Assembly: GCA_965261395.1 (NCBI GenBank)
Contig: OZ253462.1
Coordinates: 1 to 64,000 of the forward strand
Length of the DNA: 64,000 bases
From: Candidatus Latescibacterota bacterium
GTDB taxonomy: Bacteria; Latescibacterota; UBA2968; UBA8231
Reading direction: 5' to 3'
The position numbers were made by a program, and so were the translations under genes. The notes under the pieces are model-generated. The model worked only from the letters and a program-made list of their open reading frames with translations. It was not told the origin of the DNA and made no database searches. Shown here piece after piece: positions 8,816 through 18,896 of the stretch (its first letter is position 1; each line of letters begins with the position of its first letter).

Positions 8816-9763
8816 TTAGTGCTTCGCGGCGTTGGAGTCTTCCCACGCCGCAATCGTCCGTTCCAATCCCTCGGCAAGTCCGGCCCTCGGCTCGTAGCCC
8901 AACTCGGCCTGGGCACGCGATATATCGGCTGACGAGAAGCGGATATCACCGGCTCGAGGCGGGGAGAATACCGGTGCAAATTCGGTCCCCAAAATCTGGT
9001 TGATCGCGGCAATCAATTCCAGCAGCGACGCGCTGCGGCCGCAGCCGATATTGTATATCCGCCCGGCGACTCCCGGCGTAGTACTGGCCCTCATATTGGC
9101 CTCTACCACGTCGCCGACATAGACAAAATCGCGCGATTGGTGGCCGTCGCCGCAAACGGTCGGTGCCTCGCCTGCCCGCATCCGAGCGACAAAAATCGAG
9201 ATGACACCCGAGTACGGAGAAGACGGTACCTGCCGAGGGCCAAAGACATTGAAGTAGCGCAAGCCAACCACCTCCAAGCCGTAGAGCTGGCTGTACACGC
9301 GAGCGTAGTGCTCACCCATGATCTTGGAAACCGCGTAGGGTGACTCGGGTTCGGGCAGCATGTCCTCGCGCTTGGGCATTTGCGGGTTGTTGCCATACAC
9401 CGAGGCCGAACTGGCAAAAACCACGCGGCGGACCCCAGCCTGCCGCGCCGCTTCCAAAAGCCGCAGCGTCCCCACGGCGTTGACCTCCTGATCGACGAGG
9501 GGCCGCTCGACCGAAGCTGGCACCGAGACGATGGCTGCATGGTGCAGAACGCAATCGACCTGCTGCACTACCTCGGCGAGTAAGGCCGCGTCGCGAATAT
9601 CGCCCTCGACAAACTCTATCTCGCCCAGGATTTCGGCCAAGTTTTCGCGCCGCCCCGTGCTCAAGTCGTCGATAACCCGCACTGCGTGCCCTTCTGCACA
9701 CAAGCGCTGACAGAGGTGAAAACCAATAAATCCCGCCCCGCCCGTAACCAAATACCGATCCAT
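8816..9763 (-). CDS. NAD-dependent nucleotide-sugar epimerase/dehydratase
   Basis: LVTGGAGFIG, YAVSK, LRYFNVFGPRQ; start at MDRYLV. Confidence 0.9.
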   Translation of the reverse strand: MDRYLVTGGAGFIGFHLCQRLCAEGHAVRVIDDLSTGRRENLAEILGEIEFVEGDIRDAALLAEVVQQVDCVLHHAAIVSVPASVERPLVDQEVNAVGTLRLLEAARQAGVRRVVFASSASVYGNNPQMPKREDMLPEPESPYAVSKIMGEHYARVYSQLYGLEVVGLRYFNVFGPRQVPSSPYSGVISIFVARMRAGEAPTVCGDGHQSRDFVYVGDVVEANMRASTTPGVAGRIYNIGCGRSASLLELIAAINQILGTEFAPVFSPPRAGDIRFSSADISRAQAELGYEPRAGLAEGLERTIAAWEDSNAAKH

Positions 9764-9948
9764 ATTTCCTCGCATCAAAGTTGGTGGCGCTAATATAGCA
9801 ACACCAAAGCGGCCGCGCACGACGCCTTGGGTGGCACAATCGACTTGTTGATTTGCGCCTACGCTTGTATATTTGCACAACTCACACGAGGCGGTGTGGG
9901 AGGCCATGGCGTGCGCTGTGGCCTTTTTTATTATCTATACCCTACGCT

Positions 9949-11433
9949 ATGCTCCAACAACGCATCCCCGATCCCTGTGCCCTCGTCATCTTCGGTGCCT
10001 CCGGCGACCTGACTCGGCGCAAACTAGTCCCGGCCATCTGGCACTTGCAACACCAAGGTCGCCTGCCCCAAGCCTTTCACCTAGTGGGCGTAGCTCGTCG
10101 CGCCTGGGACGACGAGCTCTTTCGCCAAAAGATGCGAGAGTCCTTGGCCGAATTCGTCGGCCCGCTCGACGATAGCGCGCTCGACGCCTTCCTCGCCAAG
10201 TTTCACTACGTGCGCGGCGACCCGGGCGACCCGGCTACCTATGCCGCACTCAAAGCACGGCTCGAAACCCTCGACCGCGAGTACGGCACCGAGGGCAATC
10301 GCTGCTTTTACTGCTCGGTGCCGCCGCAGATATACCTCGACATCGTCGAGCAAATAGGGCGCGCCGGCCTCAGCTACCAACACCGCGACCGCCAAGGCTG
10401 GTGCCGGATCATCGTCGAAAAGCCCTTCGGCCACGACTACGACTCGGCTCGCGCACTCAACCAAGTGCTGCATTCGGTCTTTGCCGAAGAGCAGATTTAT
10501 CGCATCGACCACTACCTCGGTAAAGAGACCGTGCAGAACATTCTCGTCTTTCGCCTCGGCAATTCAATTTTCGAGCCGCTGTGGAACAGGCGCTACGTCG
10601 ATCACGTGCAGATCACCGCGGCCGAACGCGTCGGCGTGGAGCACCGAGCCGGCTACTACGACCAATCGGGTGCCTTGCGCGACATGATCCAAAACCACCT
10701 CTTGCAGGTCCTCTGCGTCATTGCCATGGAGCCGCCTTCCTCGTTTGACGCCGAGAGCGTGCGCCTCGAAAAGCTCAAGGTGCTCAAAGCGATCCGCTCT
10801 ATCCGCATCGGCCAAGTTGACCGCTATGCGGTTCGCGGCCAATACGGACCCGGCGAGAACGCGCCGGGCTACCTACAGGAAGAAGATGTGCCCCCCAACT
10901 CGCGCACCGAGACCTTCGCCGCCCTCGAATTCACTATTGACAACTGGCGCTGGCAAGGGGTGCCGTTCTACGTGCGCACGGGCAAGCGCATGGCCAAGCG
11001 CACCAGCACGATCACCCTGCAATTCCACCAGCCTCCACACCTAATTTTCTCCCAAGCCGACGCCCTATCCCCCAGCACCCTCACCATCCGCATTCAGCCC
11101 GCAGAGGGCATCTCGCTTTCCTTCAACGGCAAGATCCCCGGCCCCGATGTCCACTTAGGCACCGTCAACATGGACTTCAGCTACGCCGATTCGTTTGGCG
11201 GACGCACGCCCGAAGCCTATGAGACCCTGATCCTCGACTGCCTGCTCGGCGACGCGACGCTCTACTCAGACAGCGATTGGATCGAGAAGTCGTGGGCACT
11301 CCTAACACCCATCCTCGACGCTTGGCAAGCACCTTCATCGGGCGAGGTGCCCTCCTATCCGGTCGGTGCCGCCGGCCCCGAGGAAGCCAACGACCTGCTC
11401 GGGGAGGCTTGGAGAAAGTGGGCACCCCTGTGA
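9949..11433 (+). CDS. zwf: Glucose-6-phosphate 1-dehydrogenase
   Basis: IFGASGDL, EKPFG, RIDHYLGKE, RDMIQNHL motifs. Confidence 0.97.
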   Translation: MLQQRIPDPCALVIFGASGDLTRRKLVPAIWHLQHQGRLPQAFHLVGVARRAWDDELFRQKMRESLAEFVGPLDDSALDAFLAKFHYVRGDPGDPATYAALKARLETLDREYGTEGNRCFYCSVPPQIYLDIVEQIGRAGLSYQHRDRQGWCRIIVEKPFGHDYDSARALNQVLHSVFAEEQIYRIDHYLGKETVQNILVFRLGNSIFEPLWNRRYVDHVQITAAERVGVEHRAGYYDQSGALRDMIQNHLLQVLCVIAMEPPSSFDAESVRLEKLKVLKAIRSIRIGQVDRYAVRGQYGPGENAPGYLQEEDVPPNSRTETFAALEFTIDNWRWQGVPFYVRTGKRMAKRTSTITLQFHQPPHLIFSQADALSPSTLTIRIQPAEGISLSFNGKIPGPDVHLGTVNMDFSYADSFGGRTPEAYETLILDCLLGDATLYSDSDWIEKSWALLTPILDAWQAPSSGEVPSYPVGAAGPEEANDLLGEAWRKWAPL

Positions 11434-12407
11434 TCATCGCCGGTGATGTCGGCGGCACCAAAACGTACCTCGCCGCTTTCGACCCAGCCGCCCAAGGCTT
11501 TGACCCCCTCGTCGAGCGGCGCTACCAAACTGCGTCCTACCCCAGCGCCGGTGCGCTACTCAAAACCTTCGCCGACGAGACGCAGATCGCCCCTAGCCGC
11601 ACGGTCTTAGGCGTACCCGGCCCCGTCCATCAGCTTCCCGTCCGCGCCGTCAATCTGCCCTGGCTCATCGACCCCAGCGAAATTTCGGCCGTGCTCAACG
11701 GCACTGAAGTTCACCTGCTCAACGACCTGCAAGCGACTTCCTACGGCACCTTGGTGTTGAAGCCGGACGACCTGTGTCCGCTCAACCAAGGCCAACGCGA
11801 CCCGCAGGGCAACATCGCCGTCATCGCGGCCGGCACCGGACTGGGCGAAGGAGGCTTGTGCTGGGCCGAGAGCCGCTACGCAGCCATCGCCTCTGAGGGA
11901 GGACACGCGACCTTCGGTCCCAGTTCCTCGCTCGAAGTCGAGCTTTGGCGTTTCCTCAATGAGCGCTACGGCCACGTTAGCTGGGAACGGGTCGTCTCGG
12001 GCCAAGGTTTGGCCGCGATCTACGACTTTCTGTGCGCGCGGCAGCCCGACCGCGCCGACGCCGCTCTACAGCCAGAGACAGCACAGCCCGACCGCGCCGA
12101 CGCCATCGCTCGCACCGGCCTCGAAGGCCACTCCGCGATGGCCGTAACGGCCCTCGACCTCTTCGCGCTCCTCTACGGTCGCGAAGCGGGGAACTTGGCG
12201 CTGAAGCTGATGTCTTCGGGGGGGGTTTTCGTCGGCGGCGGCATCGCGCCCAAGATCCTCGCCAAGCTGCGCGACGGTCGCTTTATGGAGGGCTTTATGG
12301 ACAAAGGCCGCATGGGCGAACCGCTAGCGGTCATTCCCGTCCACGTCGTACTCAACGACAAGACCGCGCTGCTGGGTGCCGCCTATTGGGGGGCGCAGTT
12401 TCCGTAG
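11430..12407 (+). CDS. glk: Glucokinase
   Basis: GDVGGTKT, GTGLGE, SEGGH, GGGIAPKI; GTG start overlapping the zwf stop. Confidence 0.92.
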   Translation: MIIAGDVGGTKTYLAAFDPAAQGFDPLVERRYQTASYPSAGALLKTFADETQIAPSRTVLGVPGPVHQLPVRAVNLPWLIDPSEISAVLNGTEVHLLNDLQATSYGTLVLKPDDLCPLNQGQRDPQGNIAVIAAGTGLGEGGLCWAESRYAAIASEGGHATFGPSSSLEVELWRFLNERYGHVSWERVVSGQGLAAIYDFLCARQPDRADAALQPETAQPDRADAIARTGLEGHSAMAVTALDLFALLYGREAGNLALKLMSSGGVFVGGGIAPKILAKLRDGRFMEGFMDKGRMGEPLAVIPVHVVLNDKTALLGAAYWGAQFP

Positions 12408-12500
12408 CGTATTACGAACAGATTTTACGCACCGGCTCTTTAGGATGCTGTCTCGCCTGAAGTCGAGGTGAAGTAGGCAGCCACGCGACCAGTTTCTGTC

Positions 12501-12563
12501 ATAGGGTGGCCCTTGTGGTGACCCTGATGAGAGAGGGAGGGCACCCATAAAGGATTCCCCTAC
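12501..12563. repeat. Degenerate GTAG-type REP doublet (REPIN-like)
   Basis: atagggtggcccttgtggtgaccct ... agggcacccataaaggattcccctac: two inverted imperfect palindromes ending in CTAC. Confidence 0.5.
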
Positions 12564-12668
12564 GATGGGCTGGTGGCGCGTATAAAAAGGAAGCCCTAAC
12601 GCCTCAACGCTGCGTAACAGCAGCTACGAGTAATTCAACAACTTTTCAATCCGATCTCAGGAGGTTTT

Positions 12669-14477
12669 ATGATGAAAGCAGCAATCTCAGTTTCAATTGT
12701 GTTGATGTTAGCATCCCCTCTGGTCGCCGAGCAGCTATTGGAGGGGCGGGTGCGCCTTTCTTCGGGTGAAGCGGTGGTCGCCGCACAGGTGATGGTCTTC
12801 GATTTGACGGATCTGCAACGCGGCCCGGTGGCACAGGCGACGACCGATGCGGGGGGATACTTCGCGCTACCTTTGGGCGGCCATGCGCTGCCGCAGGGGT
12901 TCGCGCTGGGGCAGAATTATCCCAATCCGTTCAACCCTTCCACCGTCATTCCGTATCAGTTGCCCACGGCAGCACATGTGCGACTAGAAGTGTTCAACGT
13001 GTTGGGGCAGCGGATAGAGACGCTGGTGAACGAAGAGCGACCGGCCGGTGTTCATACGGCGGTGTGGGATGCAACCGATGCGGCGGGGCAGGCCGTGGCG
13101 GCAGGCGTGTATATCTACCGGCTGCGCGGTGCGGGGGTAGAGTTGACGCGGCGGATGGTGCTCATTGACGGGCAGGCCGGGATGGCGGCAAATGTTCTTC
13201 CGGTATCGGTCAGCGAGGCTTTCGGATCGGCGGGCGGTGTGACCTCCGAACCGGCGGAGCGGACCTATGGTATCGTCGTTTCGGGCGCGGGCGTGGTCCC
13301 CTACGTAGATGCAGCCTTTGGGGTGCGAGCGGGGATGGCTCCGGTGGAGTTCGTGGTTGAATCGGTGGAGGAACTGCCGAGGGGCAAGGCGTTGACCTGC
13401 GGTATTTTGGGCGATGTGAACAACGACGGGCAGGTTGACTTGGCCGACGCGTTACTGGTGGTGGTGTTCAACCTCGATCCGTCTATTACGGCTCCGAACA
13501 ACGGCAATATAGGCTTGGGCGACGTCACCGACGATGGACAGGTCAACTTGGTCGACTTACTGGCGATTATGACGTATATCACTAATTCGTCGGATGCGTC
13601 CCTACCGACGGGGATCGGACAAGCGGCAACGCGAGTGAACTGGGTGGCTGGGCCTATACACCGGCTGACCAACGATGCTGGAGTTGCATACGACGCAAAT
13701 CTCGTTTGGTCACCCACCGGAAGGTATATCTATTTCAATGCTGAGATTGACGGCGATTTTGGTATTTTCCGAGTGGCAACGGAGGCGGACTGGTACGGCT
13801 CTTACGAAGTAGTGCAGGTGAGCAAACACTGGGCAAATCTCGCTTGGTCGCCCAGCGGAAGGTATGTCGCTTTCGACTTTGAGAAAGACGGCAATCGTGA
13901 TATTTATGTGCTTGATAGGGAGGTGGATGAGATACACCAGTTGACCAACAACAGTGCATCCGACAGGAAGCCCGCTTGGTCGCCCGACGGAACGCAGATC
14001 GCCTTTGTGTCTTATCGTAGCGGCAATTGGAACATTTACGTGATGGATGCGGACGGCGGCGAAGATGAATACCTGCGCCGGTTGACCGATGTACCCTCCT
14101 GGGAACTCGGGGTACAGGATCCCGCTTGGTCGCCCGACGGAAAATACATCGCCTTTGGTTGGAGAGGCGTTCACGTGATGGATGCCGATGGATCTAACGT
14201 GCGCCAGCTAAACTTCTGTGGAGTCGATCCCGCTTGGTCGCCCAACGGAAAATACATCGCCTTTGCGGATTCGCCTTTTTGCTTCGGCACCGCCGGTGGC
14301 GCTCCTGATATTCACGTAATGGATGCGGACGGCTCTAACGATTACACACTGACCAACAACAAAGTATCCGACGGGTCCCCCGCTTGGTCACCCGACGGAC
14401 GACATATCGCCTTTGTGTCTACTCGCGACGGCGATGATAACATTTACGTGATGGAGCTTCTGGGAAGCTGTAAGTAA
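12669..14477 (+). CDS. Secreted modular protein: FlgD-Ig/T9SS-CTD-like domain, dockerin-like domain, PD40/TolB beta-propeller
   Basis: Signal peptide; QNYPNPFNPST...GVYIYRL; GDVNNDGQVDLAD / GDVTDDGQVNLVD; repeated PAWSPDG; AGGAGG RBS. Confidence 0.85.
   Translation: MMKAAISVSIVLMLASPLVAEQLLEGRVRLSSGEAVVAAQVMVFDLTDLQRGPVAQATTDAGGYFALPLGGHALPQGFALGQNYPNPFNPSTVIPYQLPTAAHVRLEVFNVLGQRIETLVNEERPAGVHTAVWDATDAAGQAVAAGVYIYRLRGAGVELTRRMVLIDGQAGMAANVLPVSVSEAFGSAGGVTSEPAERTYGIVVSGAGVVPYVDAAFGVRAGMAPVEFVVESVEELPRGKALTCGILGDVNNDGQVDLADALLVVVFNLDPSITAPNNGNIGLGDVTDDGQVNLVDLLAIMTYITNSSDASLPTGIGQAATRVNWVAGPIHRLTNDAGVAYDANLVWSPTGRYIYFNAEIDGDFGIFRVATEADWYGSYEVVQVSKHWANLAWSPSGRYVAFDFEKDGNRDIYVLDREVDEIHQLTNNSASDRKPAWSPDGTQIAFVSYRSGNWNIYVMDADGGEDEYLRRLTDVPSWELGVQDPAWSPDGKYIAFGWRGVHVMDADGSNVRQLNFCGVDPAWSPNGKYIAFADSPFCFGTAGGAPDIHVMDADGSNDYTLTNNKVSDGSPAWSPDGRHIAFVSTRDGDDNIYVMELLGSCK
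13971..14399 (+). repeat. Intragenic near-identical PD40 repeats (cccgcttggtcgcccgacgga-like)
   Basis: Copies begin at 13971, 14121, 14229 and 14379. Confidence 0.8.
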
Positions 14478-14603
14478 GGCGACAATGCAGGTGGTTGGCT
14501 GGCGGCTGGATAAGTCGCCCGCAATATTTCGCGCCCATCGTCGGACCGATTCGTTCCCGGCCCTGACGCTGAGCCGAAGAAAATCCGCGTCGTCCTCTTT
14601 ACT

Positions 14604-14642
14604 AACAAGCCCCGCCGAGCAATGGTCCCGGCGGGGCTTGTT
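14604..14642. terminator. Hairpin/terminator between convergent genes
   Basis: aacaagccccgccg / cggcggggcttgtt 14-bp stem. Confidence 0.7.
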
Positions 14643-14676
14643 GCCTTTTAGCTCGCACTCGGAGCGCGGTTTTCCT

Positions 14677-15875
14677 CTAGCCGAGCAACTCCCTGAGCCG
14701 TCGGGCGATCTGTTCGGGCTCGCCCTCCTTGAGGCACATCGGCCCAAAAATCACCGCACCCTCGTAAACATCGGTCGGGTTAGCGGCGATTGGCGACCGA
14801 CCTTCCTGTAGCGCCTTGACCAGTTCCAGCGCCGTCATGCCCGCCGCTTCCTCGTCGAGCACCAGCCGCGCGGTCGGAATCTCGGCGCGCTTGCGGTCGG
14901 CTACCACCGCGATTTCGGCGTGTCGCAGCACTCCACACGCGGCGACCAGTTCCTCCATCAGGGCATACCAGCGCTGCCGCCGCGCCGCCGGGTCCTCAGC
15001 GACAAAAAGACGCAGTGCCTTCACCAAACCCGCGATCTCTTCCTTGCCGACCTTGCAGGGCCGCCCAATGCCATGCTGCGGAGCACCGGGAGCTGCGACT
15101 TATCGATCAAACTCGCCGGCGGATCCCACAGCTCGGGCATCACGTCGAGGTCCTGGTGTTGCAGCGCCGCCGCGGCGATCAAATCCCGCCGCCCGCACAA
15201 AATCCCCGAAGCCTGCGGCCCGCCTATGGCCTTGCCGCCGCTAAAGGCAACCAGATCGGCACCGGCGGCAATGAAGCGCGGCAAGTTGCTCGCCGGCGGA
15301 AGCTGACCAGCCGCATCCACAATCACCGGCACGCCGCCCTTGCGCGCCGCAGCCACCACCTCCTCCAGCGACGGCTGCGTGTGCGCGTACGCCACGTACA
15401 CGATCGCCGCTGTCCGCTCGCTGATCGCCGCCTCGATCTCCCATCCTTCCGCATCGCGCACACCCGCCCCGGAAAAGCGGTCGGCAATCCCCACTTCCAC
15501 CAACTCAATCCCCACCGAACGCACCGCGTGGTCGTAGAAGTTCCGGTGGCTGCGCGCCATGATCACTTCGCTCTTCATCCCGGACGTATCCGGCAAGCGG
15601 TTCATCTTCCCCGGATCCAATCCGGTCACACAAGCGGCTGTCCCCAGCAACAAGCCCGCCGCCGCACCACTCGTCACATACCCCGCTTCCGCACCAGTGA
15701 TCTCGGCGATAATCTCCCCAGCCCGCGCCTGCATCTGCGCTATATCCACACAGCGCTCCGAAGCCTGCCGCATGGCCTCGGCCACCTCCGGGTGCATGAT
15801 CGACCCGCTCAATCGCGTCGCCGGCCCCACGGCGTTGATAATGGGATCGACGCCTAGTTCTTGATATATGTCCAT
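14677..15875 (-). pseudogene. SelA/DgaE-like PLP-dependent enzyme split by a 1-nt frameshift
   Basis: DAAGQ and FSGGKAIGGPQASG motifs; restoring one base near 15088-15090 gives ...QLPGAPQHGIGRPCKVGKEEIAGLVKAL..., joining ORFs 15021-15875 and 14677-15027. Confidence 0.75.
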
Positions 15876-15877
15876 TT

Positions 15878-17197
15878 TTAGAGCGGCCTTCCCCCGCCGT
15901 CATAGAGTAAGCCAGGTGCCGGAAAGCGAGCGCAGAGTGCTCGCACCTCAGCCGCCACTTTGGCGTACTCCGCTTTCCGGTCGTCGAGTTCCAGTGCTTT
16001 ATTGGCCCGGACCTCGGCCACCCGGTCCATCCACTCGGCCAACTGTCTCATCTCTTCGGCACCAAACCCCCGGCTGGTAATCGCCGGCGTGCCGATACGG
16101 ATACCGCTGGGCTTGCGCGCTGGCCGCGGATCAAAGGGCACGCGATTGAAATTGCAGACGATGCCCGATGCGTCCAGCGCCTTGGCCATCGCATAACCAG
16201 TAATGCCCTTATTGGTCATGTCCATGAGGATCAGATGGTTATCGGTGCCGCCCGAGCTGAGGGCAAAACCCCGCGCCGACAGGGCAGCAGCCAAGGTCTG
16301 GGCATTGGCGACGATCTGTTGGGCATACCGCTTAAACTCCTCGCTCATCGCCTCCTTGAGCGCGACTGCAATCGCCGCTGTGGTGCTGTTGTGCGGCCCG
16401 CCCTGTAAGCCTGGGAACACCGCTTTATCGAGGGCCTCAGCGTACTGCGCCCGGCATAAGATCATTCCGCCGCGCGGCCCCCGCAGCGACTTGTGAGTTG
16501 TGGTCGTTACCACATCCACGTGCGACACGGGGCTGGGATGCACCCCGGCGGCCACCAACCCGGCAATATGCGCGATATCGGCAACCACGATGGCCCCCAC
16601 GGAGTGCCCGATCTCGGCAAAGCGCGCAAAATCAACGATGCGCGGATAGGCCGTGCCCCCGCAGAAGATCAGCTTGGGCCGGTGCTCTTTGGCCAGCGCT
16701 TCGACTTGGTCGAAGTCGATCTGGCCGGTGTTCCAGCACACCCCGTATTGCACGGACTTGTAGTGCATCCCCGAGATACTGACCCGGTCGCCGTGCGTCA
16801 GATGACCTCCGTGCGCCAGCGCCAAGCCCATGACTGTATCACCCGGCTCGCACAGGCCGACGTACACGGCCTGATTGGCCGGCGAGCCCGAATAGGGCTG
16901 CACATTGACGTGCTCGGCACCAAAAACCTCCTTGGCGCGCTCGACGCAGAGCCGCTCGATCTTGTCGATTTCTCGCTGGCCCTCGTAGTAGCGCGCGCCT
17001 GCGTAGCCTTCGGAATATTTATTCGTCAGGATTGAACCGCTGGCTTCGAGTACGGCTTGACTGGCGTAATTTTCAGATGGGATCAGGCGAATTTTGTTGT
17101 GCTGACGCCTGTTTTCAGCGCGAATGATCGCCTCGATTTCCGGGTCCACTGCCGCCAGCGTCCCCACGATTTCGGGCCGCACCGCCACTGCCTCCAT
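15878..17197 (-). CDS. glyA: Serine hydroxymethyltransferase
   Basis: LIPSENY, NKYSEGY, TTTTHKSLRGPRGG, GLQGGP; start uncertain (17197 or 17248). Confidence 0.95.
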   Translation of the reverse strand: MEAVAVRPEIVGTLAAVDPEIEAIIRAENRRQHNKIRLIPSENYASQAVLEASGSILTNKYSEGYAGARYYEGQREIDKIERLCVERAKEVFGAEHVNVQPYSGSPANQAVYVGLCEPGDTVMGLALAHGGHLTHGDRVSISGMHYKSVQYGVCWNTGQIDFDQVEALAKEHRPKLIFCGGTAYPRIVDFARFAEIGHSVGAIVVADIAHIAGLVAAGVHPSPVSHVDVVTTTTHKSLRGPRGGMILCRAQYAEALDKAVFPGLQGGPHNSTTAAIAVALKEAMSEEFKRYAQQIVANAQTLAAALSARGFALSSGGTDNHLILMDMTNKGITGYAMAKALDASGIVCNFNRVPFDPRPARKPSGIRIGTPAITSRGFGAEEMRQLAEWMDRVAEVRANKALELDDRKAEYAKVAAEVRALCARFPAPGLLYDGGGRPL

Positions 17198-17271
17198 TGG
17201 TTTTGTCCTCCCCAGCGCGTTTGTTAGTTTTGGTGTAAAATCGCTCACAAAAACTACGGCGGGGCATTTCT

Positions 17272-18840
17272 ATGAGCAAGTATTTGGGCATCGACTCCAG
17301 CACCCAATCCATCACTGGCCTGATCATCGACGCGGATCAGCGCGCCATCGTCGCCGAAGCGTCCATCAACTTCGACGAGCACTTCAAAGCCGCTTATGGG
17401 GTCGTCAACGGCGTCTTCGATCTCGGCGAGGGCGCGGTGCACAGCGCGCCGCTGATGTGGGCCGAAGCGCTGGACCTGCTCCTGCAAACGCTCGCCGACC
17501 AAGGCCACGATCTCGGTACTGTGCGGGCCGTCGGCGGCAGCGGCCAGCAGCACGGCACCGTCTATCTCAACGCCAGCGCCGGCCCAGCCTTAGCGAGTCT
17601 GTCGCCTAGCCAGCCGCTCAAAGATCAGCTCGCCGCCATCTTCGCTCGCCCAACCGCCCCCATCTGGATGGACACTTCCACGACCTCGCAATGCGCCGAG
17701 ATCGAAGCGGGCATCGGCGGGCGCGCAAGCCTGCTCGCGCTCACGGGCAACGCGGCCTTTGAGCGCTTCAGCGGCCCGCAGATCCGCAAGTTTTACCAGA
17801 CCGAACCCGCTGCGTACGCGGATACGGCATATATCGGCTTGGTCAGCTCCTATGCCGCCAGCCTGCTCGCTGGACAGCTCGTCGGCGTTGACCCCGGCGA
17901 CGGCAGCGGCACCAACATGATGGACATTGCCGCTCGTCAGTGGAGCACGCGCGCACTCGACGCTACGGCCCCCAATCTAGCGAACAAACTTCTGCCCATC
18001 GCCCCCTCCGGCCAGCCCGTCGGCCCCATCAGCCCTTATTACGTGGGTCGCTACGGCTTTGCGGACGATTGCTTCGTGTTGCCTTTTTCCGGTGACAATC
18101 CGTGTAGCCTCATCGGCCTCGGCCTCGTCGCTCCGGGCCAAGTCGCCCTCAGCTTGGGCACTTCGGACACCCTTTTCGCCTGCATGGACCAGCCGCGAAC
18201 TTCCGCAGCCGGCGAGGGTGCAGTCTTCGCCTCACCCGACGGCACTCATTACATGGCCCTGACTTGCTATCTCAACGGCAGCTTGGCCCGCGAGGCCGTG
18301 CGCGACCAATACGGCATGAATTGGCAACAATTTACCCAAGCCTTGCACGCCACGCCGCCGGGCAACAACGGCGCGCTCATGCTCCCTTACTTCGCGCCGG
18401 AAATCGTCCCTAAAGTTCCCCGGCCCAACGTCGTCCGCGCCAACCTCGACCCCGAGGACGCGCCGTCCAATGTCCGCGCCGTCATTGAGGCCCAAGCCCT
18501 TTCCTCGCGCATCCACGTGCGCTGGATGGGTGTGGACATCTTCTCGCTCTACGTCACCGGCGGCGCGTCGGCCAACGCCGAAATCCTGCGCGTCTTCGCC
18601 AACGTTCACAACTGCCCGGTCCACCGCTTTGAGACGACCAATTCAGCGGCCCTAGGCGCTGCCTTGCGCGCCGCCCACGCCCACCAATCCGCAGCCGACC
18701 ACGCGCCTTCGTGGACGGAAGTTGTCGAGCCATTCGCGCAGCCGGTCGCCGGATCGACCATCGAACCGGAGCTAAGGGCTGTAGTCGCGTACGACGAACT
18801 CATCGGCCAGTACGCCGCCCTAGAACAAGCACATACTTAG
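17272..18840 (+). CDS. FGGY carbohydrate kinase, xylulokinase (eukaryote XYLB-like type)
   Basis: GIDSSTQS, GSGQQHG, ERFSGPQIRK, GDNP, SLGTSDT, TGGAS. Confidence 0.8.
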   Translation: MSKYLGIDSSTQSITGLIIDADQRAIVAEASINFDEHFKAAYGVVNGVFDLGEGAVHSAPLMWAEALDLLLQTLADQGHDLGTVRAVGGSGQQHGTVYLNASAGPALASLSPSQPLKDQLAAIFARPTAPIWMDTSTTSQCAEIEAGIGGRASLLALTGNAAFERFSGPQIRKFYQTEPAAYADTAYIGLVSSYAASLLAGQLVGVDPGDGSGTNMMDIAARQWSTRALDATAPNLANKLLPIAPSGQPVGPISPYYVGRYGFADDCFVLPFSGDNPCSLIGLGLVAPGQVALSLGTSDTLFACMDQPRTSAAGEGAVFASPDGTHYMALTCYLNGSLAREAVRDQYGMNWQQFTQALHATPPGNNGALMLPYFAPEIVPKVPRPNVVRANLDPEDAPSNVRAVIEAQALSSRIHVRWMGVDIFSLYVTGGASANAEILRVFANVHNCPVHRFETTNSAALGAALRAAHAHQSAADHAPSWTEVVEPFAQPVAGSTIEPELRAVVAYDELIGQYAALEQAHT

Positions 18841-18896
18841 GGTGCTACTACGGCCGACCCACGGCACTGAGACAAAATTACAGGAAAGGATGAACG

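Noticed and set aside
12042-12104. 21-bp direct repeat cagcccgaccgcgccgacgcc (QPDRADA x2) in glk
   Set aside because: Only two in-frame copies in a variable loop; a local duplication, not CRISPR or a mobile-element scar
12495-12570. CTGATGAG preceded by GTC, resembling a hammerhead ribozyme core
   Set aside because: No GAAA after a stem II; the motif is better explained as part of the REP-like palindrome
13841-14399. Regularly recurring ~21-bp repeats resembling a CRISPR array
   Set aside because: They encode PAWSPDG PD40 motifs in frame, spacing is over 100 nt, and no cas genes are present
14677-15875. Selenocysteine synthase SelA / Sec machinery
   Set aside because: Lacks the SelA N-terminal domain, with no selB or selC nearby; fits the shorter SelA-like/DgaE family
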